Assembly (NCBI GenBank): GCA_031411135.1
Contig: JANOAN010000006.1
Coordinates: forward strand, 272 to 64,271
Direction: 5' to 3'
Length of the DNA stretch: 64,000 bases
Source of the DNA: a bacterium
GTDB lineage: Bacteria; Patescibacteriota; Minisyncoccia; Phycocordibacterales; CAIZLB01
Shown: in pieces, positions 48,760 through 57,972 of the stretch
How the letters are laid out: each line of letters begins with the position of its first letter
Position numbering within the stretch: position 1 is the first letter of the stretch
Notes under the pieces: generated by a model
Databases searched by the model: none
Told to the model about the DNA's origin: nothing
What the model saw: the letters and a program-made list of their open reading frames with translations, nothing else
Program-made: the position numbers and the translations under genes

Positions 48760-50091
48760 ATGAAGTGTTTTTTACGTTGCCTACTTATATTCACGCTGAT
48801 ATGTAATACGCCTTTTGCTCTTGCACAAGCAACTAACCCCAGTTTAACCCCTGATCAAGAGCGGGCACTTCGAGATGAATTAACCCAAATCGAACAGCAA
48901 ATAAAACAGCAACAGGTAATTCTCGATCAGAAGCAAGGCGAAGCAACAGCTTATCAAAGCGATATAAAAAAATTAGATGCTCAGATTAAGCAAGCGAAAT
49001 TAAAGATTCGCGCACACGAAATTTCCATACAAAACCTCGGAAAAGATATCGAAGTTAAAAAGAACACTATTCAATCATTAAGCGAAAGGATTGCTAAAAG
49101 TCGCGAATCGTTGACTCGAATTTTACAACGAACTCAGGCGCTCGATAACTTCTCTACAATCGAAGCGATTTTAAGTGGCCAAAAAATGTCCGATTTTTTT
49201 GTTGATATTGGAAACTATTCGAACCTTAAGAAAGATTTGAAAGTTCTTTTGGATAATATTGAATCTGCAAAAACTCAAAACGAAGAATTGAAACAACAAT
49301 TAGACGACAAACGTAGTCAGGAGATTTTTACAAAAATAAACGTTGAAGACCAGAAGAAGAATATTGAAGGAGCTGAAGCTCAGAAACAAAAACTTCTTAG
49401 TCTGAATAAGGCTGAACAAAGTAAATACAAATCAGATATTACTAATAAACAGGCGAGGGCTACGCAAATTCGAAATGCCTTGTTTGCTTTGCGAGATAGT
49501 CCAGCTATTAAATTCGGAGATGCGTTGGCTTATGCCAAGAAAGCTTCACAGGTGACCGGAGTGCGCCCTGCGTTCATTCTCGCGGTTATCCAGCAGGAAT
49601 CTAACCTGGGGGCAAACGTGGGAGCTTGTAAGCTTACCGATACAACAACTGGCGCTGGTGTTAAAATTAAAAGTGGTGCCTATGTTTCAAACCTAATGAA
49701 ACCAAGCCGTGACATCCAGCCTTTCCTTCAAATTACAGCAGCAGCGGGACGTGACCCTTTAAAACAGCCAGTCTCATGTCCTCTTGAAATTGGCTGGGGA
49801 GGTGCCATGGGTCCAGCCCAATTTATCCCTTCAACTTGGGTGCTTTTTACAAGCCGTGTAGCAACCGCACTTGGAAAAACAAGCTCGGATCCTTGGAATC
49901 CTGAGGATGCCATTATGGCCTCAGCTATGTATTTAGGAGACTTGGGTGCCGGTGCAGGGAACGAAAAAAATGCGGCGTGTAAGTATTACTCTGGACGATC
50001 ATGTAGTGGATCTAACTCTTTCTATGGTAGTCAGGTTGTAAATAAAGCCGGTGACATCCAGGCAAACATCGACATATTGCAGAATTCCTAA
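48760..50091 (+). CDS. Secreted coiled-coil protein with a lytic transglycosylase domain
   Basis: Signal peptide, long coiled coil, QQES, GGAMGPAQFIPSTW and DPWNPEDAI. Confidence 0.88.
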   Translation: MKCFLRCLLIFTLICNTPFALAQATNPSLTPDQERALRDELTQIEQQIKQQQVILDQKQGEATAYQSDIKKLDAQIKQAKLKIRAHEISIQNLGKDIEVKKNTIQSLSERIAKSRESLTRILQRTQALDNFSTIEAILSGQKMSDFFVDIGNYSNLKKDLKVLLDNIESAKTQNEELKQQLDDKRSQEIFTKINVEDQKKNIEGAEAQKQKLLSLNKAEQSKYKSDITNKQARATQIRNALFALRDSPAIKFGDALAYAKKASQVTGVRPAFILAVIQQESNLGANVGACKLTDTTTGAGVKIKSGAYVSNLMKPSRDIQPFLQITAAAGRDPLKQPVSCPLEIGWGGAMGPAQFIPSTWVLFTSRVATALGKTSSDPWNPEDAIMASAMYLGDLGAGAGNEKNAACKYYSGRSCSGSNSFYGSQVVNKAGDIQANIDILQNS

Positions 50092-50115
50092 TCTTCTGAT
50101 AATATCTAACGACTT

Positions 50116-50340
50116 ATGAAAGCAGACATCCACCCAGAATATAACAAAGACGCCGTTTTTACCTGCGCATGCGGAGCGATTTACAATATGGGCTCAACTA
50201 AAAAGGAGGTCAATGTTGAAATTTGCGCTAATTGCCACCCATTTTACACAGGTCAGGAGAAGGTTCTAGACACAGCCGGACGAGTAGAAAAATTCAAGGC
50301 TCGAGCTGCTAGTACTAAAAATGCCAAGAAGGCAAAGTAA
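50116..50340 (+). CDS. rpmE: 50S ribosomal protein L31 (Zn-binding type)
   Basis: [23 protein letters not shown] and GRVEKF. Confidence 0.98.
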   Translation: MKADIHPEYNKDAVFTCACGAIYNMGSTKKEVNVEICANCHPFYTGQEKVLDTAGRVEKFKARAASTKNAKKAK

Positions 50341-50349
50341 CTTAATTTA

Positions 50350-50382
50350 GAAAAAGCCACTTTTAATAAAGGTGGCTTTTTC
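50350..50382 (+). terminator. Terminator after rpmE
   Basis: GAAAAAGCCAC / GTGGCTTTTTC. Confidence 0.8.
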
Positions 50383-50400
50383 TTTTGATATAATAAAACA

Positions 50401-51378
50401 ATGGATATTGAAGCATTAAAAAAGAATCACGAGACGAACTATCTTGCTACAGAATTTGAAAGACTCGAAAAAGAAAAACGAGAGGTTTTGGCTATGGGCG
50501 AATCTGACCCCACTATGAAAGAGATGGCTGAAGAGGATGCTAAAAATTTAGATGTTCAAATAGAAGATATTAGAGGAAAGATTCAAGGAATTTTAGATCG
50601 TGATAAAGAAGAAGATGAATTTCCGTCCGAAGTTATTTTGGAAGTACGCCCAGGAACAGGAGGAGAGGAAGCATCATTATTTGCTGAAGAACTTTGCAAC
50701 ATGTATTTAAAGTTCGCAGTGACGAGAGGTTGGCAAACCCAGACCATTGATATTTCAGAAAGTGAATCTGGTGGCTACAAGCTCGCATCATTCGAATTGA
50801 AAGGAAAGCAGATTTACAAATATATGAGATATGAAACCGGAGTGCACCGAGTGCAACGTGTACCTGCAACTGAAAAATCTGGCCGTATCCACACTTCGAC
50901 TGTAACCGTTGGAGTCTTACCTTTAAAGAAAAAAATTACAGTTGAAGTTAACCCAGGTGACATCGAAATGGAATTTTCTCGTTCAGGTGGAGCCGGAGGA
51001 CAGAACGTAAACAAAGTGGAAACTGCTGTTAGACTTATTCACAAGCCAACAGGAATTGATGTGCGATCTACATCTGCTCGAAGTCAGTTAAAGAATAGAG
51101 AACAGGCTATGCAGATTTTGATGGCAAAACTTCAACAATTAAAAGAAGAGGAAGAAGCTAAAAAGTACGCTAAAAACCGAAAGGATCAGATTGGAACAGG
51201 GGACAGGTCTGAAAAAATCCGTACATATAACTTCCTGCAGGACAGAATTACTGATCACCGAATTAAACAGTCATGGCACAGTATTGAACGGGTGATGTTA
51301 GGGGAATTTGGTCCGATTATGGACGCGCTGCAGAATTTTAATGGTGAGGTGGGGGAGAGCACGGTGGATGATGACTAG
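50401..51378 (+). CDS. prfA: Peptide chain release factor 1 (short N-terminus)
   Basis: [12 protein letters not shown] (PxT motif), GAGGQNVNK and [10 protein letters not shown]. Confidence 0.95.
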   Translation: MDIEALKKNHETNYLATEFERLEKEKREVLAMGESDPTMKEMAEEDAKNLDVQIEDIRGKIQGILDRDKEEDEFPSEVILEVRPGTGGEEASLFAEELCNMYLKFAVTRGWQTQTIDISESESGGYKLASFELKGKQIYKYMRYETGVHRVQRVPATEKSGRIHTSTVTVGVLPLKKKITVEVNPGDIEMEFSRSGGAGGQNVNKVETAVRLIHKPTGIDVRSTSARSQLKNREQAMQILMAKLQQLKEEEEAKKYAKNRKDQIGTGDRSEKIRTYNFLQDRITDHRIKQSWHSIERVMLGEFGPIMDALQNFNGEVGESTVDDD

Positions 51379-51554
51379 GCAGTTTTTAGTTTCTTTTGAA
51401 GCAACTTCTTTTTGTTTTCTCGTTCAATTTGTGCCTTTATTTTTTTTCTATCCATCTGGTATTCAGGTTCGAGGGTATCCCACTCCTTTTTAAATTCAGG
51501 GTTTTTCAGCCATTTCTTTTCTAATTCCTTGAAAGATATAGAATCGTTTTTCAT
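51375..51554 (-). CDS. 59-aa HigA-like antitoxin N-terminal module without an HTH (absent from the ORF track)
   Basis: Manual translation [59 protein letters not shown]; begins 20 nt downstream of the toxin. Confidence 0.65.
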   Translation of the reverse strand: MKNDSISFKELEKKWLKNPEFKKEWDTLEPEYQMDRKKIKAQIERENKKKLLQKKLKTA

Positions 51555-51574
51555 AGTCTTATTTTAGTTTATTT

Positions 51575-51877
51575 TTATAATAAATGGAATCTTCTTAAAA
51601 TTTCGTACAAATCCCTCTGTCTAATTTGTTGAGTCTTCTTAAAAAATACGTAAAAAATCACTGCTCTGCCTTGTCTGAATGTATATATTAGACGTATGTT
51701 CTGCCTTTTTATTACCCTAAGCTCAAATATGCCTTTGAAGATTTTTTTACTGTAAGGCACCCTTAGATTGTTTCCAATTTCCTCTAATAATTTAATTGGC
51801 TTTTTACACCCGACCTGTGAATTTTCAGGCAGGTTGTTCATGAACTCTGCCGGTTGGCTCTTGATTTCAATTTCCAT
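51575..51877 (-). CDS. RelE/HigB (Gp49-like) toxin
   Basis: LRVPYSKKI..GIFELRV...IRLIY...FFKKTQ. Confidence 0.85.
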   Translation of the reverse strand: MEIEIKSQPAEFMNNLPENSQVGCKKPIKLLEEIGNNLRVPYSKKIFKGIFELRVIKRQNIRLIYTFRQGRAVIFYVFFKKTQQIRQRDLYEILRRFHLL

Positions 51878-52016
51878 ACATCCACTATTTCACACCGAGT
51901 TTAAATTTATATTAAGAAAGAATGAAGAATCGAAAAGCCCATTAAACAACCCTGAATTACTTATCCTAAACCCCCGTTGCCAACCTCCACCTCCTATGCT
52001 ATATTCCTTCCTACAT

Positions 52017-52751
52017 ATGTCATCAACAACAGCAAGCAAAACTGCCTCAAAATCAGTCGTCGACGAAATGTTCAAAGTCGGCGCTCATTACGGTTTTATC
52101 AAGTCGCGCCGACACCCAACGGTCAAGCCTTTTATTTTTGGTACTAAAAATACAGTTGAAATTTTCAACTTAGAAGTAACAGAGGCACAATTGGCAAAAG
52201 CCGAAGCTTTCATTCAGGAAATCGCAGGAAAGGGCAAGCAGATTCTTTTCGCATCAGGAAAGAGTGAAATCAAAAACCCACTACAGCACGGTGCTGAGGC
52301 TTGTAACATGCCATTCGTGGCCGGCCGATGGATTGGTGGAACTTTCACAAACTTCGAAGCTATCCGAAGACGAGCTGACAAACTTACAGAATTAATTTCT
52401 CAGAAGGAAAAGGGCGAACTTAACAAATATACAAAGAAGGAGCGATTGTTGATCGATCGTGATATCACAAAATTGCAGACTCTCTTTGGTGGCCTTGTTT
52501 CTATGAAGTCACTTCCTGGTGCACTATTCGTAGTTGACGCCAAGAAAGAACACATTGCAGTCGCCGAAGCAAACGATGCTGGAATCCCAGTTATTGCACT
52601 TTGTGGTTCTGACAACGACATATCTGTTGTTAAATTCCCAATCATCGCTAACGATTCATCAGTAGACAGTATGACTTACTTCATCAGTCGCGTTTCGCAT
52701 GCTGTAAAGACTGCTCCAAAGGCATCTGAGCCTATTGTCGACTCTAAATAA
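52017..52751 (+). CDS. rpsB: 30S ribosomal protein S2
   Basis: GAHYG, RWIGGTFTNF, AVAEA and IIAND. ATG 52017 is chosen as the start. Confidence 0.97.
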   Translation: MSSTTASKTASKSVVDEMFKVGAHYGFIKSRRHPTVKPFIFGTKNTVEIFNLEVTEAQLAKAEAFIQEIAGKGKQILFASGKSEIKNPLQHGAEACNMPFVAGRWIGGTFTNFEAIRRRADKLTELISQKEKGELNKYTKKERLLIDRDITKLQTLFGGLVSMKSLPGALFVVDAKKEHIAVAEANDAGIPVIALCGSDNDISVVKFPIIANDSSVDSMTYFISRVSHAVKTAPKASEPIVDSK

Positions 52752-52772
52752 TTTAGTTATAATAAACAACCT

Positions 52773-53366
52773 ATGACAACTATTTCAATGGACCTTGTTA
52801 AGGAGTTACGAGATTTGACGGGTATTTCTGTAATGCAGTGCCGAAAGGCTTTAGAGGAGGCAGGCGGGGATAAAGAAAAGGCTATTATTCTACTTCGAAA
52901 AAAAGGCGCTGAAATCGCCTCTAAAAAGGGTGACCGAACCCTTGGAGCGGGTGTTGTAGCCTCATACGTGCACAGCAACAAGACTTTAGGCGCTATGGTA
53001 GAATTAATGTCAGAGACAGACTTCGTCTCTAAGAACGCCGAATTTATGGCTTTGGCGTATGATATCGCTATGCAGGTATCTGCAGCTAATCCTGATTTCG
53101 TTCGAAAGGATGAAATCAAAGAAGAAGATAAGGCACGTGCCACTGAGGTCTTTGCAAAAGAGGTAGAAGGCAAGCCAGAGGAAATGAAGGCAAAGATTCT
53201 TCAGGGCAAATTGGATGCGTACTTCAAAGACAAAATCCTTTTGGAACAACCTTTCATCAAGAATCCTGATCTTACGATCGGACAAATGATTGAAAATGCT
53301 ATCCAGAAATTCGGTGAAAAAATCGAGATTGGAAAGTTTGTCAGAATGTCGATTTTGGGTAAGTAG
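52773..53366 (+). CDS. tsf: Elongation factor Ts (short form)
   Basis: VKELRDLTG, CRKAL, ETDFV and LLEQPFIK. Confidence 0.97.
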   Translation: MTTISMDLVKELRDLTGISVMQCRKALEEAGGDKEKAIILLRKKGAEIASKKGDRTLGAGVVASYVHSNKTLGAMVELMSETDFVSKNAEFMALAYDIAMQVSAANPDFVRKDEIKEEDKARATEVFAKEVEGKPEEMKAKILQGKLDAYFKDKILLEQPFIKNPDLTIGQMIENAIQKFGEKIEIGKFVRMSILGK

Positions 53367-53390
53367 TCGCAGGGGCTTAACCCTGCAATT

Positions 53391-53756
53391 ATGTTAACTA
53401 CATCTATAATTTTCATAGCCTCCACAGTTACAGCTCTCTTTATTTTGGCTAATAAAATCGGCCAGACAAACGGGTCACGTTGGTATGTACAGTTGCACTC
53501 TCATGAATTTGAACACAAGGTGATCAGTAAATTGGCGGCTTTTTGGGATGTTGCTTCTCATTCGACTAGAACAACTCTTCGATCAGTTTCTGCCAAGGTC
53601 CTCGAAAAAATGGAAAAGTTTTTCATGAAAGTTTTCTTCAAGCTATTTCGATACATCAACAAATTGTCTGATATGGTTAAGGGAAAAGATGTTCCAAAAA
53701 ACAAAGGATCGGCATCATTTTTCTTGAAAAGGATAGATGAGACAGAGAAGTTGTAA
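53391..53756 (+). CDS. Hypothetical membrane-anchored protein
   Basis: N-terminal TM segment and C-terminal GSASFFLKRI; follows tsf. Confidence 0.7.
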   Translation: MLTTSIIFIASTVTALFILANKIGQTNGSRWYVQLHSHEFEHKVISKLAAFWDVASHSTRTTLRSVSAKVLEKMEKFFMKVFFKLFRYINKLSDMVKGKDVPKNKGSASFFLKRIDETEKL

Positions 53757-53841
53757 AGTTTGAAAAAATATTTAGCTTGTGTTATATTCTTAACACGTCG
53801 CGCAGACAGTGAACGGTGCGCGACGAAATTTCGCAAAATTT

Positions 53842-53917
53842 GCCGCTTTAGCTCAGTTGGTAGAGCAACTGTTTTGTAAACAGTAGGTCCTCAGTTCGAA
53901 TCTGAGAAGCGGCTCCA
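53842..53917 (+). tRNA. tRNA-Thr(TGT), CCA encoded
   Basis: Acceptor stem GCCGCTT/AAGCGGC, anticodon arm ACTGT-TTTGTAA-ACAGT, T loop GTTCGAATC, 3' end TCCA. Confidence 0.97.
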
Positions 53918-53926
53918 AAAAAGTAA

Positions 53927-55198
53927 TTATTGGGCAGAAGTTCCTACTCCTCGAAGAAAATCAATTATTCCAGTAGGCGATCCAACTTGAACACAACTTG
54001 TTCCTGCATAGACCATACATGGGACACCACTTTGAATATAACCACCTAAAACCTGGGGCCCTGGCTGAAATACATTATAAGCTTGGAAAAGCCTAGATAC
54101 ACCAGGAATATAGAGTAACTGAATTACGGATTTTAAATCTACATCATAAATAAATAGAAGTATAAAAGCTGTGCAAGTACAATACTGTACATAGACTATT
54201 CTTCCACCAAAGACGGTTCGCACACCACCGCTACTGGAAGATTTTCCAATAGCAGAAGAGATGGCTGCGGCCCCAACAATACCAGCTGCAACTCCAATGT
54301 TTGCATTTGAGGATGAAGAGTTGCTTGTTCCAGTGGCACTGGCCGCTGAGGTTCCGGGATTGTATGTGAACAGGTCATTATTTGTATTGTTTGAGGTGTT
54401 GTTTTGCGTTGTTGACCCTGCGCGATCTTGGACATTAATTACAAATTCTTTGGTTACATATTGATTCCCTGAGGAAATACGAACAATGAAAGTGTAAGAT
54501 CCAGCGGACTTCGGTGTTCCTGATAATGTAAAGGGAGCTTTACAAGGAGATGTTACGCAAACTCCACTTCGAGCTGTAATTCCACTTGGTAGTGAGCCAT
54601 ATAAAACTACCCAGTTGTATGATTCATTGCCGCCAATTCCCTGAATTGTACCTGAATAGGAAGTTTCTACTGTCGCAGAGGGGACAGAGGCTGTAGTGAT
54701 TGAAAGTGGTGTGGTTGAAGCTGTCGTTGTTGTAATATCAAGACTGGTTGTTTCGGTACTAGAAGGTAGGTTGTTTTTTGTGTTGTCGAGAATCTGATTC
54801 AGAACACTACGGCTTCGAGCCCCGATAATCCCGGTTGGATTAGAAAATCCAAGTGGTTCAAGAATTACTGATTTGTATATAATCTGAAACCTTTCAACTG
54901 CATTTTGAGTAGCATTTCCAAAATAAGTTGTCTCGTTGCCCTGACTTCCTGGCCCTGTTAATTTTACAACTGTCCGACTGTCGCTGTTCAATAATATCTG
55001 GAGCATTCTGACCTGCTCGCTATCAAGTCCGTTGTACATGTCTTGTGTAAAGAGAAAATTGTTGGGTATTCCATTTAAACCGGATGTACTTGCAGGTGAG
55101 GTGCTAGTTGCTACTTCAGTAGCCAAAAGGGCCAGTGGATGCATAAAGAACATGAACGCCGAAAGAAAAATCGCAATAGGTTTGTACCATGTTCTCAT
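53927..55198 (-). CDS. Secreted protein with peptidoglycan-binding, Ig-like and Cys-containing C-terminal domains
   Basis: Signal peptide; VRMLQILLN..GNETTYFGNATQNAVERFQ..TGIIG (PG-binding); GSLPSGI..LSGTP..GSYTF (Ig-like); FGGRIVYVQYCTC. Confidence 0.8.
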   Translation of the reverse strand: MRTWYKPIAIFLSAFMFFMHPLALLATEVATSTSPASTSGLNGIPNNFLFTQDMYNGLDSEQVRMLQILLNSDSRTVVKLTGPGSQGNETTYFGNATQNAVERFQIIYKSVILEPLGFSNPTGIIGARSRSVLNQILDNTKNNLPSSTETTSLDITTTTASTTPLSITTASVPSATVETSYSGTIQGIGGNESYNWVVLYGSLPSGITARSGVCVTSPCKAPFTLSGTPKSAGSYTFIVRISSGNQYVTKEFVINVQDRAGSTTQNNTSNNTNNDLFTYNPGTSAASATGTSNSSSSNANIGVAAGIVGAAAISSAIGKSSSSGGVRTVFGGRIVYVQYCTCTAFILLFIYDVDLKSVIQLLYIPGVSRLFQAYNVFQPGPQVLGGYIQSGVPCMVYAGTSCVQVGSPTGIIDFLRGVGTSAQ

Positions 55199-55219
55199 GG
55201 GACAATTATAACATAGCCT

Positions 55220-55930
55220 TTATCTGTTTGTGGATGTCGATGTAGTCGAAGAGCTGTTCTCGATTCTCTCTTTATCAAGCTCTTTTAATTCCGGAAGGAT
55301 TTCTTTCATTTTGTCTATCGAAAGAAATCCTTTATAAGTTTCTTCATTTATAACAAGAACAGGGTAGGGTTCTGCCACTTTGTAAATTTTAGCAAGCGTG
55401 TCGACTGCAGAAACAGATAGGCGTCGATCAAATGAATATATTCGAACATTTGGATAGGTGTTTCTTAGATGGTTTAAAACCGCACTAGTTTTTTCACAAT
55501 CTGCACATTCGGTCTTGCTTCCATAAAAGTAAAGGATAGAAATAGGCTTTAGTCCACACTTTTCGCTAAGTCTCTGCATTAATGAGAAATCTTTTATTTG
55601 TAGTAGTTCGTAATATTTCTTGATGTGATTAAACTCCTCGTTACTTTGGCTAGATTCTAGATAGGAAAGTTTTTGCTCGAGGCTATTTAATTCAGTTGAC
55701 AAAATACTGTCGTTAACATTTTTACACGAAGTTTCTCGAAGTAGATCGTACTGAGTTTCTGATGACAGGATGTTTAAAGAAATAGTGTCCTGTAGGGAAC
55801 GAAGGTCTCCAGTTCTTGATTTGTCTAGTATATTATTGACCCATAAGGCGAGTCCAAAAAGCAACGAGGTAATGATGAATGTCATTACGTACTTGCTCCA
55901 ATCAATAGGTTTTCGATTATGTTCGTTCAT
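55220..55930 (-). CDS. Membrane-anchored thioredoxin-like protein
   Basis: TM segment, coiled region, ILYFY...CADC and YPVLVIN. Confidence 0.7.
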   Translation of the reverse strand: MNEHNRKPIDWSKYVMTFIITSLLFGLALWVNNILDKSRTGDLRSLQDTISLNILSSETQYDLLRETSCKNVNDSILSTELNSLEQKLSYLESSQSNEEFNHIKKYYELLQIKDFSLMQRLSEKCGLKPISILYFYGSKTECADCEKTSAVLNHLRNTYPNVRIYSFDRRLSVSAVDTLAKIYKVAEPYPVLVINEETYKGFLSIDKMKEILPELKELDKERIENSSSTTSTSTNR

Positions 55931-55934
55931 AGTT

Positions 55935-57215
55935 TTATCTCCAAGCCGCATCGCGCTTTCGTATTGTATTATATACCGATTTTGCAAGCCAGATAGGTGA
56001 GATGAGAGAATATAGCATGATGAAGTAAACCATGTCCATTTTTTTTGAGTCTTTAACATTGGCCAGTTTTCGTCCACGCCACACTGCAAAAAAAATCAAT
56101 CCTAGAGAAAAGATACTTAGCAAGAAAGTTCCTTGGGTGTGGTAGTAAAGCCAATCTTTAAATTGAGTGATGGTGTCTAAAGAAAAACTGTTTCCAAAAT
56201 AACCAAGCTGATTTTTCCATCCTATAACATTAATATCATTTATCGTCTTGATAGATCTAGCAATAATTTCAAAAACACTGTAGCAAAGAGCGAACATCGT
56301 TCCGACAATAATCCACATGGTAAGAGGGAGAACTAGCATACCTATGTTTCCATATTTAGGGTTAAGAATCATATGCTTGTAATCAATGGCGTTTTGAATG
56401 AATCCTCCGGTCCAGCGGACTCTTTGTCGGTAGAGTCGATATAGGGTACGTGGTCCCACCGTGTACACTACAGCTCTGTCTGCACATGAAATTTTCATAT
56501 GTTTGCTCTGCATGCGAAGGGCCATTTCGAGGTCTTCGGTATTGTGTGCGTGGCGATAGTTTCCAATTTGCTCAAAAACTTTGGTTCTAAAGATTGAAAA
56601 TGGACCAGGTGTAACGTACTGGGCGTCTATAAGTCCCATAATTTTTCGTAGAAAAATCCCCATATTATATTCAGCATTTTGCATCATTCTCACAAAGGTA
56701 TCTGGATTCTGAATCTTCATTGATGGTGTGACAGCCATGATTTTCTTGTCAGAAAATTTATCAATGATGTGTCGTAAAGCCTCAGAGTCGACTTCTGAAT
56801 CGGCATCTAAACACCCGATGAAATCGGTTGTGCAATTTGCAATACCATGATTTAAGGCTGTGTACTTCCCACCATTTTCCTTTTTATGTAAAGTGATGTT
56901 GGAAATATTTGAAAATTTTTGGATTAGGTTCCAGGTGTTGTCAGTTGATCCGTCATCAACGATGCTAATTAGAAGTTTTTCTTTTGGATAATTTAGTTCT
57001 AAAAGTGATTGTATGGTTTTTTCGACTGTGGCGAATTCATTAAAAACAGGGACAAGGATTGTCACAGAGGGGAGTTCTTCTTCGCGAAGTGGCAAAGGGG
57101 CTGGTTTTATCCTAAATTCATGCTTATTCTCGAAAAAAGTAAGCAAAATAAAGACCTGGTAGTAGACCAAAAAAAACATGAAAAAGTAAATAATAGAGGA
57201 GACGGAAAGTGCCAT
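55935..57215 (-). CDS. Processive GT2 glycosyltransferase (PgaC/IcaA-like)
   Basis: DDGSTD, LDAD, TED and QRVRW motifs, with TM helices at both ends. Confidence 0.9.
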   Translation of the reverse strand: MALSVSSIIYFFMFFLVYYQVFILLTFFENKHEFRIKPAPLPLREEELPSVTILVPVFNEFATVEKTIQSLLELNYPKEKLLISIVDDGSTDNTWNLIQKFSNISNITLHKKENGGKYTALNHGIANCTTDFIGCLDADSEVDSEALRHIIDKFSDKKIMAVTPSMKIQNPDTFVRMMQNAEYNMGIFLRKIMGLIDAQYVTPGPFSIFRTKVFEQIGNYRHAHNTEDLEMALRMQSKHMKISCADRAVVYTVGPRTLYRLYRQRVRWTGGFIQNAIDYKHMILNPKYGNIGMLVLPLTMWIIVGTMFALCYSVFEIIARSIKTINDINVIGWKNQLGYFGNSFSLDTITQFKDWLYYHTQGTFLLSIFSLGLIFFAVWRGRKLANVKDSKKMDMVYFIMLYSLISPIWLAKSVYNTIRKRDAAWR

Positions 57216-57275
57216 AAATAGGCTTTTAATATAGCAGATATGGCGTTTTTTTCAAACTCGGCTTATACTCTTTAT

Positions 57276-57968
57276 ATGAAAGGTTATTCGCATGTCATGA
57301 ACCAAGAAATCCGTATTATCACGGATATTTTTGCAGAACTTGGGTTTGTGGTCGCTAATGGTCCAGAATTGGAGACCGAATTTTATAATTTCGATGCACT
57401 GAACATTCCGGCGGATCACCCAGCACGAGACATGCAGGATACTTTTTGGGTTAAGGGTGAAAAAGGAGAAGAGAGGAAGTTGTTGAGGACTCACACTTCA
57501 AATGTGCAGATTAGATTCATGCAAGCGAATACTCCACCGTACGGAATGCTTGCTCCTGGAAAAGTTTATCGAAACGAAGCAACTGATGCGACTCACGAAG
57601 CACAATTCCACCAAGTTGAAGGAATGTATATAAATAAAAAAGTTTCAATGAAAGATTTAAAAGGGACTTTGGAATACTTTTTCAAAAAATATTATGGAGA
57701 GGATGCAAAGATCAGATTTAGACCAAGCTTTTTTCCATTCGTAGAACCGGGTGTTGAGGTTGATGTTTTGTTTAAAGGAAAATGGTTGGAGGTCATGGGT
57801 GCTGGACTTATGCATCCAAAAGTTTTAAAGGCAGGTGGAGTTGATTCGACTGAATGGAGTGGTTTTGCTTTCGGCATGGGATTTGATCGAATTATCATGA
57901 TCAAATACGGAATTGATGATGTTAGATATTTGTATTCGGGGGACTTAAGATTTACAAGACAATTTTAA
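57276..57968 (+). CDS. pheS: Phenylalanine-tRNA ligase alpha subunit (catalytic core only)
   Basis: NFDALNIPADHPARDMQDTF, LRTHTS, FPFVEP and GFAFGMG. Confidence 0.96.
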   Translation: MKGYSHVMNQEIRIITDIFAELGFVVANGPELETEFYNFDALNIPADHPARDMQDTFWVKGEKGEERKLLRTHTSNVQIRFMQANTPPYGMLAPGKVYRNEATDATHEAQFHQVEGMYINKKVSMKDLKGTLEYFFKKYYGEDAKIRFRPSFFPFVEPGVEVDVLFKGKWLEVMGAGLMHPKVLKAGGVDSTEWSGFAFGMGFDRIIMIKYGIDDVRYLYSGDLRFTRQF

Positions 57969-57972
57969 AAAC

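Noticed and set aside
51768-52016. 83-aa N-terminal extension of S2 in the ORF track
   Set aside because: It overlaps the opposite-strand toxin and promoter region; homology and a -10 box support ATG 52017.
53842-55198. Integrated element at tRNA-Thr or tRNA-Ile
   Set aside because: No integrase and no duplicated tRNA 3' end were seen.
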